A stretch of DNA of 64,000 nucleotides from a virus (taxonomy: Duplodnaviria > Caudoviricetes): the IMG/VR virus record IMGVR_UViG_3300006127_001273, positions 32,001 through 96,000 of that record; one strand, 5' to 3'. Below the pieces are notes generated by a model. That model saw only the letters and a list, made by a program, of their open reading frames with translations, was not told the origin of the DNA and ran no database searches. Of the stretch, positions 9,567-18,741 are shown piece by piece (the stretch's first letter is position 1; every line of letters starts with the position of its first letter). Position numbers and translations under genes: made by a program.

Positions 9567-10198
9567 TGAGCGAAGGTTTTAAGTTTAACTTTACAAAAGA
9601 AAAATTAGCAAAGATTATTCCAGGTAATCCATATCTCGATAATTGGTATGAGGCACTTTCTAATATTCTTCCTAATTATGAAATTAATACTGCACCTCGA
9701 GTTGCTGCATTCTTAGCACAATGCGCACACGAATCGGGCGGTTTTAAGGCATTGAAAGAAAATCTAAATTATCGTGCGGTAACATTAAGAAAAGTATTTC
9801 CTAAGTATTTCCCAACTGATGCATTAGCAGCACAATATGCAGGACAACCTGAAAAGATTGCAAACAAAGTTTATGCTAATCGTATGGGAAATGGCGACGA
9901 AGCAAGTGGCGACGGGTTCCGTTATTGTGGTCGTGGCTTAATTCAATTAACTGGTAAAGAAAACTATTCTTGGTTTGCAGCAAGTATGGGGGTCGAAGTA
10001 GAAGATGTTGCAGAATATCTTTCCACATTCGAAGGCGCTGTTCAATCAGCTTGTTGGTTCTGGGAATCAAATAATCTTAACCAATATGCAGATAGCGGCG
10101 ATGTACTTACAATGACTAAGAGAATTAATGGTGGTACTATCGGTCTTGAAGATCGTAAGAAACACTATGCTCATGCAGTCCACGTATTACAAGGATAA
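9566..10198 (+). CDS. Endolysin, glycoside hydrolase family 19
   Basis: 'AAFLAQCAHESGG', 'ENLNY', 'GRGLIQLTGKENY', 'TKRINGG..GLEDR'. Confidence 0.92.
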   Translation: MSEGFKFNFTKEKLAKIIPGNPYLDNWYEALSNILPNYEINTAPRVAAFLAQCAHESGGFKALKENLNYRAVTLRKVFPKYFPTDALAAQYAGQPEKIANKVYANRMGNGDEASGDGFRYCGRGLIQLTGKENYSWFAASMGVEVEDVAEYLSTFEGAVQSACWFWESNNLNQYADSGDVLTMTKRINGGTIGLEDRKKHYAHAVHVLQG

Positions 10199-10200
10199 AA

Positions 10201-10701
10201 ATGTTTTTAATACAATTCTTTGCTAGCAATTATCTATATTTGATAGTTGATGCAATATTATTAGCAGGCATTGCAGGATTCGTCGTTGCATATTTCTGCT
10301 TTTTTATTCCTATCCTAATACCGTACAGACCTACCATTAAACTTGTTTCAGTGGTGTTATTAATCGCCGGTTCATACTATAAAGGGTTGTTGCACACCGA
10401 AGAGGAATGGCAACAACGAATTGCTAGTGTTCAAGCGCAATTAAAAATCGCCGAAGAAAAATCTAAACAAGAAACTGTTAGAATCGAAACACAGGTAATA
10501 GAAAGGGTTAAAGTAGTAAAGGAAAAGGTCCATGAAAACAAAAAGGCAATCGAAAAACATAAAGCCGTTATTAATGCTGAGTGCAAGTTACCTGATGTTG
10601 CAAGGATGCTCTACAACCGTTCCGTTGTACATGAAATTCCCGGAAGCCCCACCAGTACTAATGCAACCGGCTCCGGAGTTAAAACCTCTAGATCAAAATG
10701 A
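10201..10701 (+). CDS. Inner-membrane spanin (Rz-like)
   Basis: N-terminal TM helices followed by a coiled coil; lies after the endolysin and overlaps a lipoprotein ORF in another frame. Confidence 0.75.
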   Translation: MFLIQFFASNYLYLIVDAILLAGIAGFVVAYFCFFIPILIPYRPTIKLVSVVLLIAGSYYKGLLHTEEEWQQRIASVQAQLKIAEEKSKQETVRIETQVIERVKVVKEKVHENKKAIEKHKAVINAECKLPDVARMLYNRSVVHEIPGSPTSTNATGSGVKTSRSK

Positions 10702-10831
10702 TAAGGATCTTAGCGATTTGCTTCAAAATGCTAACGATAATTATGGGAAGTATCATGAGCTTTCTATAAAATATCAAGCATGGCAAGAATGGTATAAAGT
10801 ACAACATGATATTTTTGAGGATATAAAATGA
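10532..10831 (+). CDS. Outer-membrane spanin lipoprotein (Rz1-like)
   Basis: Lipobox LQGC, then Pro-rich 'FPEAPPVLMQPAPELKPL'; overlaps the i-spanin gene. Confidence 0.75.
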   Translation: MKTKRQSKNIKPLLMLSASYLMLQGCSTTVPLYMKFPEAPPVLMQPAPELKPLDQNDKDLSDLLQNANDNYGKYHELSIKYQAWQEWYKVQHDIFEDIK

Positions 10832-11229
10832 GATTTTTAATGCTTATGTTATTACTTCCTCTTTCAGGATGTGCAGTAGTAGATGCTTACTTCATGGCTA
10901 AATTTGATTCGAACGAATATCAATTAATCAATCAAATCAAATCGGCTGCTGAAGCAAATGTTCAAAACTGTAACGATAGAGAGAAGATGAATCATGTGAC
11001 AGAATACTTGTTTGTTAAGGGAACAGAGTTTAAAAATTATACAGCTCAAATTCCACATAACGAAAAAGCAACTGTTCTTTCATCTGAAATCTATAAGGAG
11101 TTAATTGGATTGCATAATAGATATGCTGATCCTAAAAAGATTAGTGAAACGTATTGTAAGACGAAACTTTCTACTATAGAAGAATCGGCAAATACAATTC
11201 AAGAAGTTATAGGAGATAAACCTCGATGA
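10828..11229 (+). CDS. Putative lipoprotein
   Basis: Signal peptide MRFLMLMLLLP with lipobox LSGC. Confidence 0.75.
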   Translation: MRFLMLMLLLPLSGCAVVDAYFMAKFDSNEYQLINQIKSAAEANVQNCNDREKMNHVTEYLFVKGTEFKNYTAQIPHNEKATVLSSEIYKELIGLHNRYADPKKISETYCKTKLSTIEESANTIQEVIGDKPR

Positions 11230-11498
11230 GTACAACTAACGATATCTTATATGGATTGAGCGCATACGAAAATGCATCCGATCCAAAATTACAAAGCATT
11301 GCCCGTAATGCAAAGTCTTTAACAGAAAATTTTGCAAACGGCAGTTTAAGTGCGGATGAATACGGCGAACTTCTTCAAGATTTAGAAACACAAACAAGAA
11401 TCGTAGAAGGTGCGTCCGATTTAGCAGAACAAAAACAATTAAATACAATAGTAAACGCAGCAATTACTTTAGCGGCAATTGCAGCAAAAGCAATATAA
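11226..11498 (+). CDS. Hypothetical protein
   Basis: Coupled ORF (ATGA overlap) with GGAG RBS. Confidence 0.65.
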   Translation: MSTTNDILYGLSAYENASDPKLQSIARNAKSLTENFANGSLSADEYGELLQDLETQTRIVEGASDLAEQKQLNTIVNAAITLAAIAAKAI

Positions 11499-11516
11499 TA
11501 ACATAAGGAGCGAATT

Positions 11517-11972
11517 ATGGCAGATCAAAACAGTACAATTACAGACAAGTGGCGTCCTATGATGGGATGGACTTACATGGCAACATGTTTGTTCGATTTT
11601 ATCATTGGTCCAGTAACTTACAATGTTTTACAATTTTTAAACCCGGGACAACACGTTGATATGTGGCAAGCAATCACATTACAAGGCGGCGGATTATATC
11701 ACTTATCAATGGGTGCAGTATTAGGCATTTCAGCATATGGTCGTACACAAGAGAAGATTAACGGTGCAGCAACACCAACTCCTCCTGCGGCGCCAGCAGC
11801 ACCGATTGCGCCTGCTCCGGTAGCACCTGCGCCAGTGTATGCACAACCTGCTCCGGTAGCACCAGCACCAGTATATGCACAACCAGCACCAGTAGCACCA
11901 GTTGCACCTGCTCCAGTTGTTAGCACAGCGTTTGGTCCAGGTCCTGCACCACAAGTTGACGAACCACTATAG
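11517..11972 (+). CDS. Holin-like membrane protein with Pro/Ala-rich repeat tail
   Basis: 'KWRPMMGW' and 'MGAVLGISAYGRTQEK' resemble the 3TM holin family; PAPVAPAPVYAQ repeats; lysis-cassette context. Confidence 0.6.
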   Translation: MADQNSTITDKWRPMMGWTYMATCLFDFIIGPVTYNVLQFLNPGQHVDMWQAITLQGGGLYHLSMGAVLGISAYGRTQEKINGAATPTPPAAPAAPIAPAPVAPAPVYAQPAPVAPAPVYAQPAPVAPVAPAPVVSTAFGPGPAPQVDEPL

Positions 11973-11980
11973 GAGTAATT

Positions 11981-12232
11981 ATGAAACATTTATTAGCAAT
12001 CTTTTTAACCGGATTCTTAACAGTAAGCGTAGCAAGCGCATGTGAACATGACAAGGCACCGGCAAAGGCAGAAGCATCTAAGGAAGCAGCAAAAGAAGCA
12101 CCAAAGGCAGCTGAAGACTTTAAGGAAGGCGAAGTTAAGAAAGTTTGTGTTGTAATCAATGGCAAAGAAAAATGCAAGAACATGAAGATGCATCACAAGT
12201 TTGAAGGCACTAAAGTACCTGCAAAGAAGTAA
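11981..12232 (+). CDS. Small secreted/periplasmic protein
   Basis: Sec signal MKHLLAIFLTGFLTVSVASA, Lys/Glu/Ala-rich body, C-x8-C. Confidence 0.65.
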   Translation: MKHLLAIFLTGFLTVSVASACEHDKAPAKAEASKEAAKEAPKAAEDFKEGEVKKVCVVINGKEKCKNMKMHHKFEGTKVPAKK

Positions 12233-12245
12233 GACAATCAAAGAT

Positions 12246-12274
12246 TTGACAGGTCAAGGTTAATGTAGTATAAT
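12246..12274 (+). promoter_or_regulatory. Perfect sigma70 consensus promoter embedded in a long inverted repeat
   Basis: TTGACA(12246)-17 nt-TATAAT(12269). Confidence 0.85.
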
Positions 12275-12302
12275 TATACTATATTACTTGACCTGTTTTT
12301 TT
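12249..12302 (+). terminator. Long hairpin with T-tract ending the lysis operon
   Basis: ACAGGTCAAG...TAATGTAGTATA-at-TATACTATATTA-CTTGACCTGT followed by a T run. Confidence 0.7.
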
Positions 12303-12317
12303 GAGTAGAGGGCCAAT

Positions 12318-13175
12318 ATGCAGAATTACTATGAAACACTCGGAGTTAGCGAAAATGCTTCTCCTGACGAAATTAAAAAGGCTTATAGAAGTCTTGCTAT
12401 GAAACATCACCCGGATAGAGGCGGTGATCAAACTAAATTTAAAGACATTTCAGCGGCATACGATACATTAAACGATCCGCAAAAGAAAGCCGAATACGAC
12501 CAGCTGCGGATGGGCGGACCGCAAATGCACTTTGGAGGCGGAAGTCCGTTTGGTGCTCACTTCCATGACATTTTTGGAAACGGGGGTCCATTTAGTGCCC
12601 ACTTCCACGATGTGTTCGGGAGACAGCATCCTCATATGCAACGAAATCGAGATTTGAACATTCAATGCCAAATAACACTTCTTGAATCATATCAGGGAAA
12701 ACAATTAGAAGCGGCATACAACCTTCCTAGCGGTAAGCCACAGACTGTAGTAATTAATGTACCTGCCGGTGTTGAAAATGGAGCAACTATACGCTACCAA
12801 GGGCTCGGAGACGATTCTAATCCTGCTGCACCTCGAGGAAATCTAAATGTTACAATATTAGTAGCACCTGATAATCGATTTACTAGACACGGAGACGACC
12901 TGTATACTACACTTGATATCAACCCAATCGAAGCCATGATCGGGTGTAAAAAGAAACTGCAATTAATTACTGGACAAAAAATGGAATTGGATGTTCGTGC
13001 AGGAGTTGAAACCGGAACTGAATTCGCAAGTCAAGGTAAAGGATTTACTAATCCCCATACTGGGCACAAAGGACGGTTTGTGATCATCATTAATATTAAA
13101 ACTCCGGCAATCACCAATCCGGCAATTGTATCAAAACTACGACATATTAACAAGGAGATCACTGGATCTGATTGA
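12318..13175 (+). CDS. DnaJ-family co-chaperone (class II / CbpA-like, no zinc finger)
   Basis: J domain 'YYETLGV...IKKAYR.LA.KHHPD', G/F-rich linker, C-terminal 'GNLNVTI...F.RHGDDL'. Confidence 0.93.
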   Translation: MQNYYETLGVSENASPDEIKKAYRSLAMKHHPDRGGDQTKFKDISAAYDTLNDPQKKAEYDQLRMGGPQMHFGGGSPFGAHFHDIFGNGGPFSAHFHDVFGRQHPHMQRNRDLNIQCQITLLESYQGKQLEAAYNLPSGKPQTVVINVPAGVENGATIRYQGLGDDSNPAAPRGNLNVTILVAPDNRFTRHGDDLYTTLDINPIEAMIGCKKKLQLITGQKMELDVRAGVETGTEFASQGKGFTNPHTGHKGRFVIIINIKTPAITNPAIVSKLRHINKEITGSD

Positions 13176-13200
13176 CTACACCCATTACATATGCTATTAT
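13172..13200 (+). promoter_or_regulatory. sigma70-type promoter
   Basis: TTGACT-17 nt-TATTAT with an extended -10 TG. Confidence 0.7.
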
Positions 13201-13233
13201 CAAACATCATAAACATTTTTAGAGGAAAACATA

Positions 13234-15495
13234 ATGGTTGAACCAAGTGATAACCTACAGGCAGTTTTTGAACGAGCTGTCGAAACTGCTAAGAAATTGC
13301 ATCACGAATATCTCACTGTTGAACATATTTTATATGCTATGCTCGAAGAAGATGCATTTTCTAAATGTATCGCAGGGTATGGAGCGAATCCCACTAACTT
13401 TAAAAGTAATATTTCAGATTACTTAACTACTAAGTGTAAAGATATCACTACACAAGAAGTTGTCGTAAAACCAAAGAAGACACAAACTGTAGAACGTGTT
13501 CTTAATCGAGCATTTACGCAAGTGCTGTTTAATGGTCGTCAAAAAATTGAACCTACCGATGTTTTCCTCGCAATGTTGAGTGAAAAGAAGTCATGGGCAT
13601 TCTATTACACACAACAGGCAGAAATCGATAAAGACAAGTTTGCCGATTATCTTAACAATTCAGTCGACGAAGAGGAAGAAATGGATCAACCAGATACAGG
13701 AAGTAATAAAGCACTAAATGCGTATACCACAAATCTTAACGAACAAGTTAATAAGGGTAAAGTTGATCCCGTTATCGGTCGAGTTGACGAACTTGAAAAT
13801 ATTGCACTTGCACTTGGACGCCGCAGTAAAAACAACGTAATTCTTGTAGGCGATCCTGGAGTAGGTAAGACTGCTATTGCTGAGGGGCTTGCATATAATA
13901 TTGTTAAAGGCGCAGTCCCGGCATTCCTTAAAGATTACACCGTTTATAACCTCGACATTAGCGCAATGCTTGCAGGTAGTAAATACCGAGGCGATTTTGA
14001 AGAAAGGTTTAAACAAGTACTCAAGGCACTACAAAAGAAAGGGCAAGCAGTATTGTTCATCGACGAAGCACACATGATGAACGGTGCAGGTTCAGGAGGT
14101 AATAGTGCAAACGACCTTGCTAATATGATGAAACCTGCACTTAGTAAGGGAAACATCAAGGTTATTGCATCTACTACCTGGGAAGAATATCGCAAACATT
14201 TCGAAAAGGACCGTGCGTTAATGCGTCGATTCCAACGTATTACTATCGACGAACCTACACAAGAAGTAACATTGCAGATTCTTAAAGGCATTAAAAAGTA
14301 TTATGAACAACATCACAATGTTAAAATCAAGGATGATGCACTCCAGGCTGCAATTAAGTTGTCAGTTAAATATCAGGCAGATAAGAAACTTCCAGATAAG
14401 GCAATCGATCTTATTGACTGTGCATGTTCTCGATTCCATCTAAAGATTGCCGAAGATAGAGTCATCGGTGAACACGAAATTCAGTTCGAACTTAGCAAGA
14501 TGGTAAATCTTCCTGAAGAGCAAGTAATGGAAACCGAAAGTGTGTGCTTGTCAAAATTGCAACAAGGGCTCGAAGCCGATGTTTACGGTCAGGATCTTGC
14601 AATCGAAGAAGTTGTTGACAAGATTATTGTTGCACAGGCAGGACTTAAATCCGAAAACAAGCCAGTTGGATCATTTGTATTCATGGGCCCAACTGGCTGC
14701 GGTAAAACTGAGACTGCAAAATCACTTGCAAAGCACCTTGGGGTAAAACTAATTCGCTTTGATATGAGCGAATACCAGGAACAGCATAGTGTTAGTAAGT
14801 TGATCGGTAGTCCACCGGGGTATGTAGGCTTTGAAGAGAATGCAGGGCAACTTATTACACAGATTCAAGAACACCCAAATGCTGTGCTATTGCTCGATGA
14901 AGTTGAAAAAGCGCACCCAGATGTTACAACTGTTCTGTTGCAGTTAATGGATAATGGATTTGTAACCGGATCTAATGGTAAGAAAGCCGATTGTCGAAAT
15001 GTTATCCTTATTCTTACTACAAATGCAGGTGCGCAGGCTGCTGAAAAAAATGCAATCGGATTTGGAACACAACAAAAAGATTACAGTGACGGTGATCTTA
15101 AGAAGTTCTTCACTCCGGAGTTTCGCAATAGACTCGATGGCATCGTAACATTTAATAGACTCGATAAAACTACTTCTATTAAAATTGTTCATAAGTTTAT
15201 CGACGAATTACAAGGAATGATTAAGGAGAAGGGCATTAAGATTAAGATCAATAAGGAAGCAGTTAATTGGCTTATCGAAAAAGGGTTTGATGACAAAATG
15301 GGTGCAAGGCCGTTACAACGAGTCATTGACAAAGAAATTAAAAGAGATCTTGCTAAAATGATGTTGTTTGGTGATCTTAAGAACGGCGGTCAAGTATCAA
15401 TCACAATCGTAGATGATGCAATTACTCTTGTTGCAAAGCCAAAGGTATCTAAGATCCCGTTGCTTACTACTGAGATTGTAAATGATCCAGTATAA
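13234..15495 (+). CDS. clpA: ATP-dependent Clp protease ATP-binding subunit, ClpA-like
   Basis: Clp N domain 'HEYLTVEH', two AAA modules (GDPGVGKT, GPTGCGKT), IGF ClpP-docking loop, 'GARPL', no ClpB middle coiled coil. Confidence 0.92.
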   Translation: MVEPSDNLQAVFERAVETAKKLHHEYLTVEHILYAMLEEDAFSKCIAGYGANPTNFKSNISDYLTTKCKDITTQEVVVKPKKTQTVERVLNRAFTQVLFNGRQKIEPTDVFLAMLSEKKSWAFYYTQQAEIDKDKFADYLNNSVDEEEEMDQPDTGSNKALNAYTTNLNEQVNKGKVDPVIGRVDELENIALALGRRSKNNVILVGDPGVGKTAIAEGLAYNIVKGAVPAFLKDYTVYNLDISAMLAGSKYRGDFEERFKQVLKALQKKGQAVLFIDEAHMMNGAGSGGNSANDLANMMKPALSKGNIKVIASTTWEEYRKHFEKDRALMRRFQRITIDEPTQEVTLQILKGIKKYYEQHHNVKIKDDALQAAIKLSVKYQADKKLPDKAIDLIDCACSRFHLKIAEDRVIGEHEIQFELSKMVNLPEEQVMETESVCLSKLQQGLEADVYGQDLAIEEVVDKIIVAQAGLKSENKPVGSFVFMGPTGCGKTETAKSLAKHLGVKLIRFDMSEYQEQHSVSKLIGSPPGYVGFEENAGQLITQIQEHPNAVLLLDEVEKAHPDVTTVLLQLMDNGFVTGSNGKKADCRNVILILTTNAGAQAAEKNAIGFGTQQKDYSDGDLKKFFTPEFRNRLDGIVTFNRLDKTTSIKIVHKFIDELQGMIKEKGIKIKINKEAVNWLIEKGFDDKMGARPLQRVIDKEIKRDLAKMMLFGDLKNGGQVSITIVDDAITLVAKPKVSKIPLLTTEIVNDPV

Positions 15496-16102
15496 GGAAA
15501 TGAAGAAATTGTACTTGGGCAAATACCAGCATAAAATTATGCTGGTGGTCCAAGGGGCTCATTACCTTCGAGGAGGAAATTTAGATAACTCAGTTGATCG
15601 AATAATTTCTAGTAGAGATGATTACGATTACTATGGTACTAAGAACCGGGCAACTCGACCACAAGATTACGAGCTGTTACTAAACATAATTGACACACTA
15701 CGTGGTATCGAAGATTTTACCGTTCGAGTAGAGAAATGTTATCTTTCTATATATGTTAACAAACCTAACCACATTGGTTGGCTTAAGAAGGTAGGCGGAA
15801 ATGCCGTACGAGAAATTCATTTTCCAAAAGTAGAATTAACAGTAGGATCAGTTGTATCAACCTTGCCGTATGATTACAAAGTTCATGCTCAAATCAATCG
15901 TAATACCGATTACGAAGGATTTATTAACTGGGCACAAGATAACACAAATTTACGTGTTCCGCCGAGATCACTTCGGACGCTACAGCACATGAATTATTCT
16001 CAACATATTTACTTTTATGTAACCGGCGAAAAAAACTTAACTATGGCAAAGATACATCTCGGAGCCGGTGTTAAGCAAGTTGAAAAAATAATCAATCCAT
16101 AA
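15482..16102 (+). CDS. Hypothetical protein
   Basis: 206-aa ORF overlapping the end of clpA. Confidence 0.65.
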   Translation: MIQYKEMKKLYLGKYQHKIMLVVQGAHYLRGGNLDNSVDRIISSRDDYDYYGTKNRATRPQDYELLLNIIDTLRGIEDFTVRVEKCYLSIYVNKPNHIGWLKKVGGNAVREIHFPKVELTVGSVVSTLPYDYKVHAQINRNTDYEGFINWAQDNTNLRVPPRSLRTLQHMNYSQHIYFYVTGEKNLTMAKIHLGAGVKQVEKIINP

Positions 16103-16114
16103 TTTAATCTTGAT

Positions 16115-16148
16115 ATTGCGGATAAATAACATATCCGCAATTTTTCTT
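16115..16148 (+). terminator. Terminator-like hairpin whose arm/loop carries a late promoter motif
   Basis: ATTGCGGATA-aataaca-TATCCGCAAT followed by TTTT; GATAAATA at 16121-16128. Confidence 0.65.
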
Positions 16149-16175
16149 GCGACTGTAATATCAAGGTTTTAAATT

Positions 16176-16535
16176 ATGCGCATACAAGATTTGTTTGAAA
16201 ATAAAATAGACGGTTTTATCGAATATAAGAATGGCAAACCGGAATTAAAATTCGATTTAGCCGAAGATTTAGTATACTTCATGCACAACGACGACGAAAG
16301 TTATCGTAGACATGTATATCCAGTCATCGCAATGTGTTTGAAGAAAAATCAAAAGAATGAAACATTTAGTCCGGAAATTTTTCGAAAAGCAACTTTAGAA
16401 TGCTATAAGAATTACTTAACGCAATTTCCAATCCGAGAACTTCCTGAAGAGTTAGACGAAAAGTTAACCAAAAAAGTTTGTGAAAAATTACACGAAGAGT
16501 TTAATGAACACATTCGCGACGACAAATATAACTAA
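16176..16535 (+). CDS. Putative capsid-internal protein
   Basis: N-terminus MRIQDLFE resembles a T4 capsid-targeting/processing leader; late motif upstream. Confidence 0.5.
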   Translation: MRIQDLFENKIDGFIEYKNGKPELKFDLAEDLVYFMHNDDESYRRHVYPVIAMCLKKNQKNETFSPEIFRKATLECYKNYLTQFPIRELPEELDEKLTKKVCEKLHEEFNEHIRDDKYN

Positions 16536-16544
16536 GGAATCATT

Positions 16545-16931
16545 ATGAAAATTCACGAAATTATTTTAGAAAGTGATACCCCGGCAAATCCTAACAAAAT
16601 GCCAAAAGATCAAGTTGCAGCATTTAAAGGTGCCATTAGTATGCCCGGTATTAGTATGAACAAATCGAACGGTAGTTCATATCTACAGTACCGTTTCGGG
16701 CTTGCGTTAGCCGGTGCACCAGAATATCCAACACAAGCAGCAGGTGCATTTGCAGGTGATCCATTATTATCCACTTATACTGATGAAGAATTAGAAATGA
16801 TTAATTCTGCTTCTAAAATGGTCGGAGCGGGCCCTGTTAAAAAATTAGGTAGCAATCGAAGCACTGAATTAGATAACACTAATAAAACATCACCAGTTGC
16901 AAAAATTAAAAAGAACAAATACGGTATCTAA
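16545..16931 (+). CDS. Putative capsid-internal protein
   Basis: N-terminus MKIHEIILE. Confidence 0.5.
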   Translation: MKIHEIILESDTPANPNKMPKDQVAAFKGAISMPGISMNKSNGSSYLQYRFGLALAGAPEYPTQAAGAFAGDPLLSTYTDEELEMINSASKMVGAGPVKKLGSNRSTELDNTNKTSPVAKIKKNKYGI

Positions 16932-17191
16932 TGAAACAGTATCGAATCACATCGCAAAATATCCCAACAACTTCCAACGAAGATTGTTATATTGCACCTG
17001 ACGATCCTGTCCACGAACTAATTGCTGTTCAAGTAATGGATGGGTTGGGCGCACAAGTAAGATTAGACGAATACAGATCAAAAAATGCTTTTCCTAAAAT
17101 AGAATGTGATAAAGGACGATACCAACGAGAAAATAATGTACAACCAGGAACTCCGGCATGGTTTGAATTATGGTACGGCGATAAGAGATAA
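16931..17191 (+). CDS. Hypothetical protein
   Basis: Coupled ORF (TAATG) with C-terminal 'QPGTPAWFELW'. Confidence 0.6.
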   Translation: MKQYRITSQNIPTTSNEDCYIAPDDPVHELIAVQVMDGLGAQVRLDEYRSKNAFPKIECDKGRYQRENNVQPGTPAWFELWYGDKR

Positions 17192-17193
17192 TA

Positions 17194-18471
17194 ATGCTAC
17201 TAAGAGAATTATTTAATAATCTATCACTAAAACTATACGAAGGAGGAAATCTTCACATCGGTCAACATGCAGCAGATGAGATCGATCTCAAAGTACATAA
17301 TCGTACTTATATGGTGGGAATTTTAGATAAATTATTACATAATATAAATCAATCGTTTAGTGCGCAGTATAAACAGCCACTATGGTCTCCGCAGTTATTG
17401 CAAAGTAGACAATTCCTTGGTGGTAGTTCATTATCATTTTTTAATTTACCAGAAATTTCAGATGAAGTATACCTAGCCAAAAAACCAAAAGTAGGTGACA
17501 TTGATACACAATGCAACAAACAACTAGAACCGCAAATTAATGAATTCTTAACCAATTTAGTAAACAAAAGAATTGGCAATTCTACGTTCTTAGGATTTAG
17601 CAAAGGTAACGAACAATATAATGCGTTATTTCAATTAGACGAACCACCTGTCAAAATTCAAATTGATTTTGAATTTGGCCGATACGATCCGGAAACTAAC
17701 GAACCTGATGCATGGTACAAGTTTAGTCATAGTTCAGAATGGGAGGATATCAATGCTGGAATTAAAGGTGTATTCCACAAATATATCTATCAAGCATTAT
17801 CAAGTGTTTCTAAAACTGAAGTATATTTTGCTAAACTCGAAGGTAGAGGTGCAAAAAGAGGATATGTCATTGGCGACGAACCTATTCGAATGAATAAATT
17901 ATCGTTTGCTGTTTCGAGTTCACAAGGTGGAGGAGTTAGTACAAAACTTGCTCCGTATCCCGATCCGTCTACTGGGCAACCGATGTATAAGAATGGCATC
18001 CCTGTAATGATCGAGGTGCCATCAAAAGAAAGAAATTATATTCAAGATCTTTCTCAACAGTTTGTATTATTCTTCGGTCATCAACCAACTGTCCAAGATT
18101 TACAATTACAGAAATCATTTGTCGGCACCATGCAATTAATGAATAAGTATCTATCACCGGAGACTAAAGAAGTTGTTGCAAAGTCATTTATCGGTGCATG
18201 TTTTAGAGCCGGTGTTCAAATGATTACACGAGACGATCCAAAAAGAGATGCAAAAATTAAATTTGTCGCAGTTGATCGTATGCTGACTGATCTTAAATTA
18301 CCTCAGTTACGTGACTATGCTGAAGAAAAGGCCATACAATACGAAGAAGATTATCACGAATTGGAGGCATACAAAAAAGCAAATCCAACTGATAAACAAC
18401 CGCGAGCATCATTAAAAAAATTAAAAGCACAACAAGGTCAGACTGACCCTGGAGAATCAGATGAAGATTAA
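17194..18471 (+). CDS. Putative Pol-beta-superfamily nucleotidyltransferase with a processing leader
   Basis: 'LGGS...GDID' plus a third acidic strand 'IQIDF'; leader MLLRELF...LYE/GGN. Confidence 0.55.
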   Translation: MLLRELFNNLSLKLYEGGNLHIGQHAADEIDLKVHNRTYMVGILDKLLHNINQSFSAQYKQPLWSPQLLQSRQFLGGSSLSFFNLPEISDEVYLAKKPKVGDIDTQCNKQLEPQINEFLTNLVNKRIGNSTFLGFSKGNEQYNALFQLDEPPVKIQIDFEFGRYDPETNEPDAWYKFSHSSEWEDINAGIKGVFHKYIYQALSSVSKTEVYFAKLEGRGAKRGYVIGDEPIRMNKLSFAVSSSQGGGVSTKLAPYPDPSTGQPMYKNGIPVMIEVPSKERNYIQDLSQQFVLFFGHQPTVQDLQLQKSFVGTMQLMNKYLSPETKEVVAKSFIGACFRAGVQMITRDDPKRDAKIKFVAVDRMLTDLKLPQLRDYAEEKAIQYEEDYHELEAYKKANPTDKQPRASLKKLKAQQGQTDPGESDED

Positions 18472-18715
18472 CGAATTATTAGGCGAAACTGCTACCGCAG
18501 GTGCAACTATGTCTGCAAATATCGGCACAGTTGATGCACCACAATTAAGTCCAGGCAAAGCACGTGGTAAAAAATCATACATCGGCAGTCCTGGAAAAAG
18601 TGGAACTAAAGCACCGCCACAACCAAAAGTTGTACAACCAAAAACATCAGCAGGAACCGCGAGCAATGCATTAGATATGAAGTCTAATATATTCGGTGCG
18701 CCGCTAAAACGATAA
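18461..18715 (+). CDS. Small basic protein, putative capsid-internal
   Basis: N-terminus MKINELLGE; Lys/Pro/Gly-rich. Confidence 0.5.
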   Translation: MKINELLGETATAGATMSANIGTVDAPQLSPGKARGKKSYIGSPGKSGTKAPPQPKVVQPKTSAGTASNALDMKSNIFGAPLKR

Positions 18716-18741
18716 ATATACTATAAGACCGGAGTTCACTC

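Noticed and set aside
12318-15495. Bacterial contamination or chimeric assembly suggested by dnaJ/clpA
   Set aside because: Composition, promoter style and gene coupling are continuous with the flanking phage genes, and no bacterial operon context is present.
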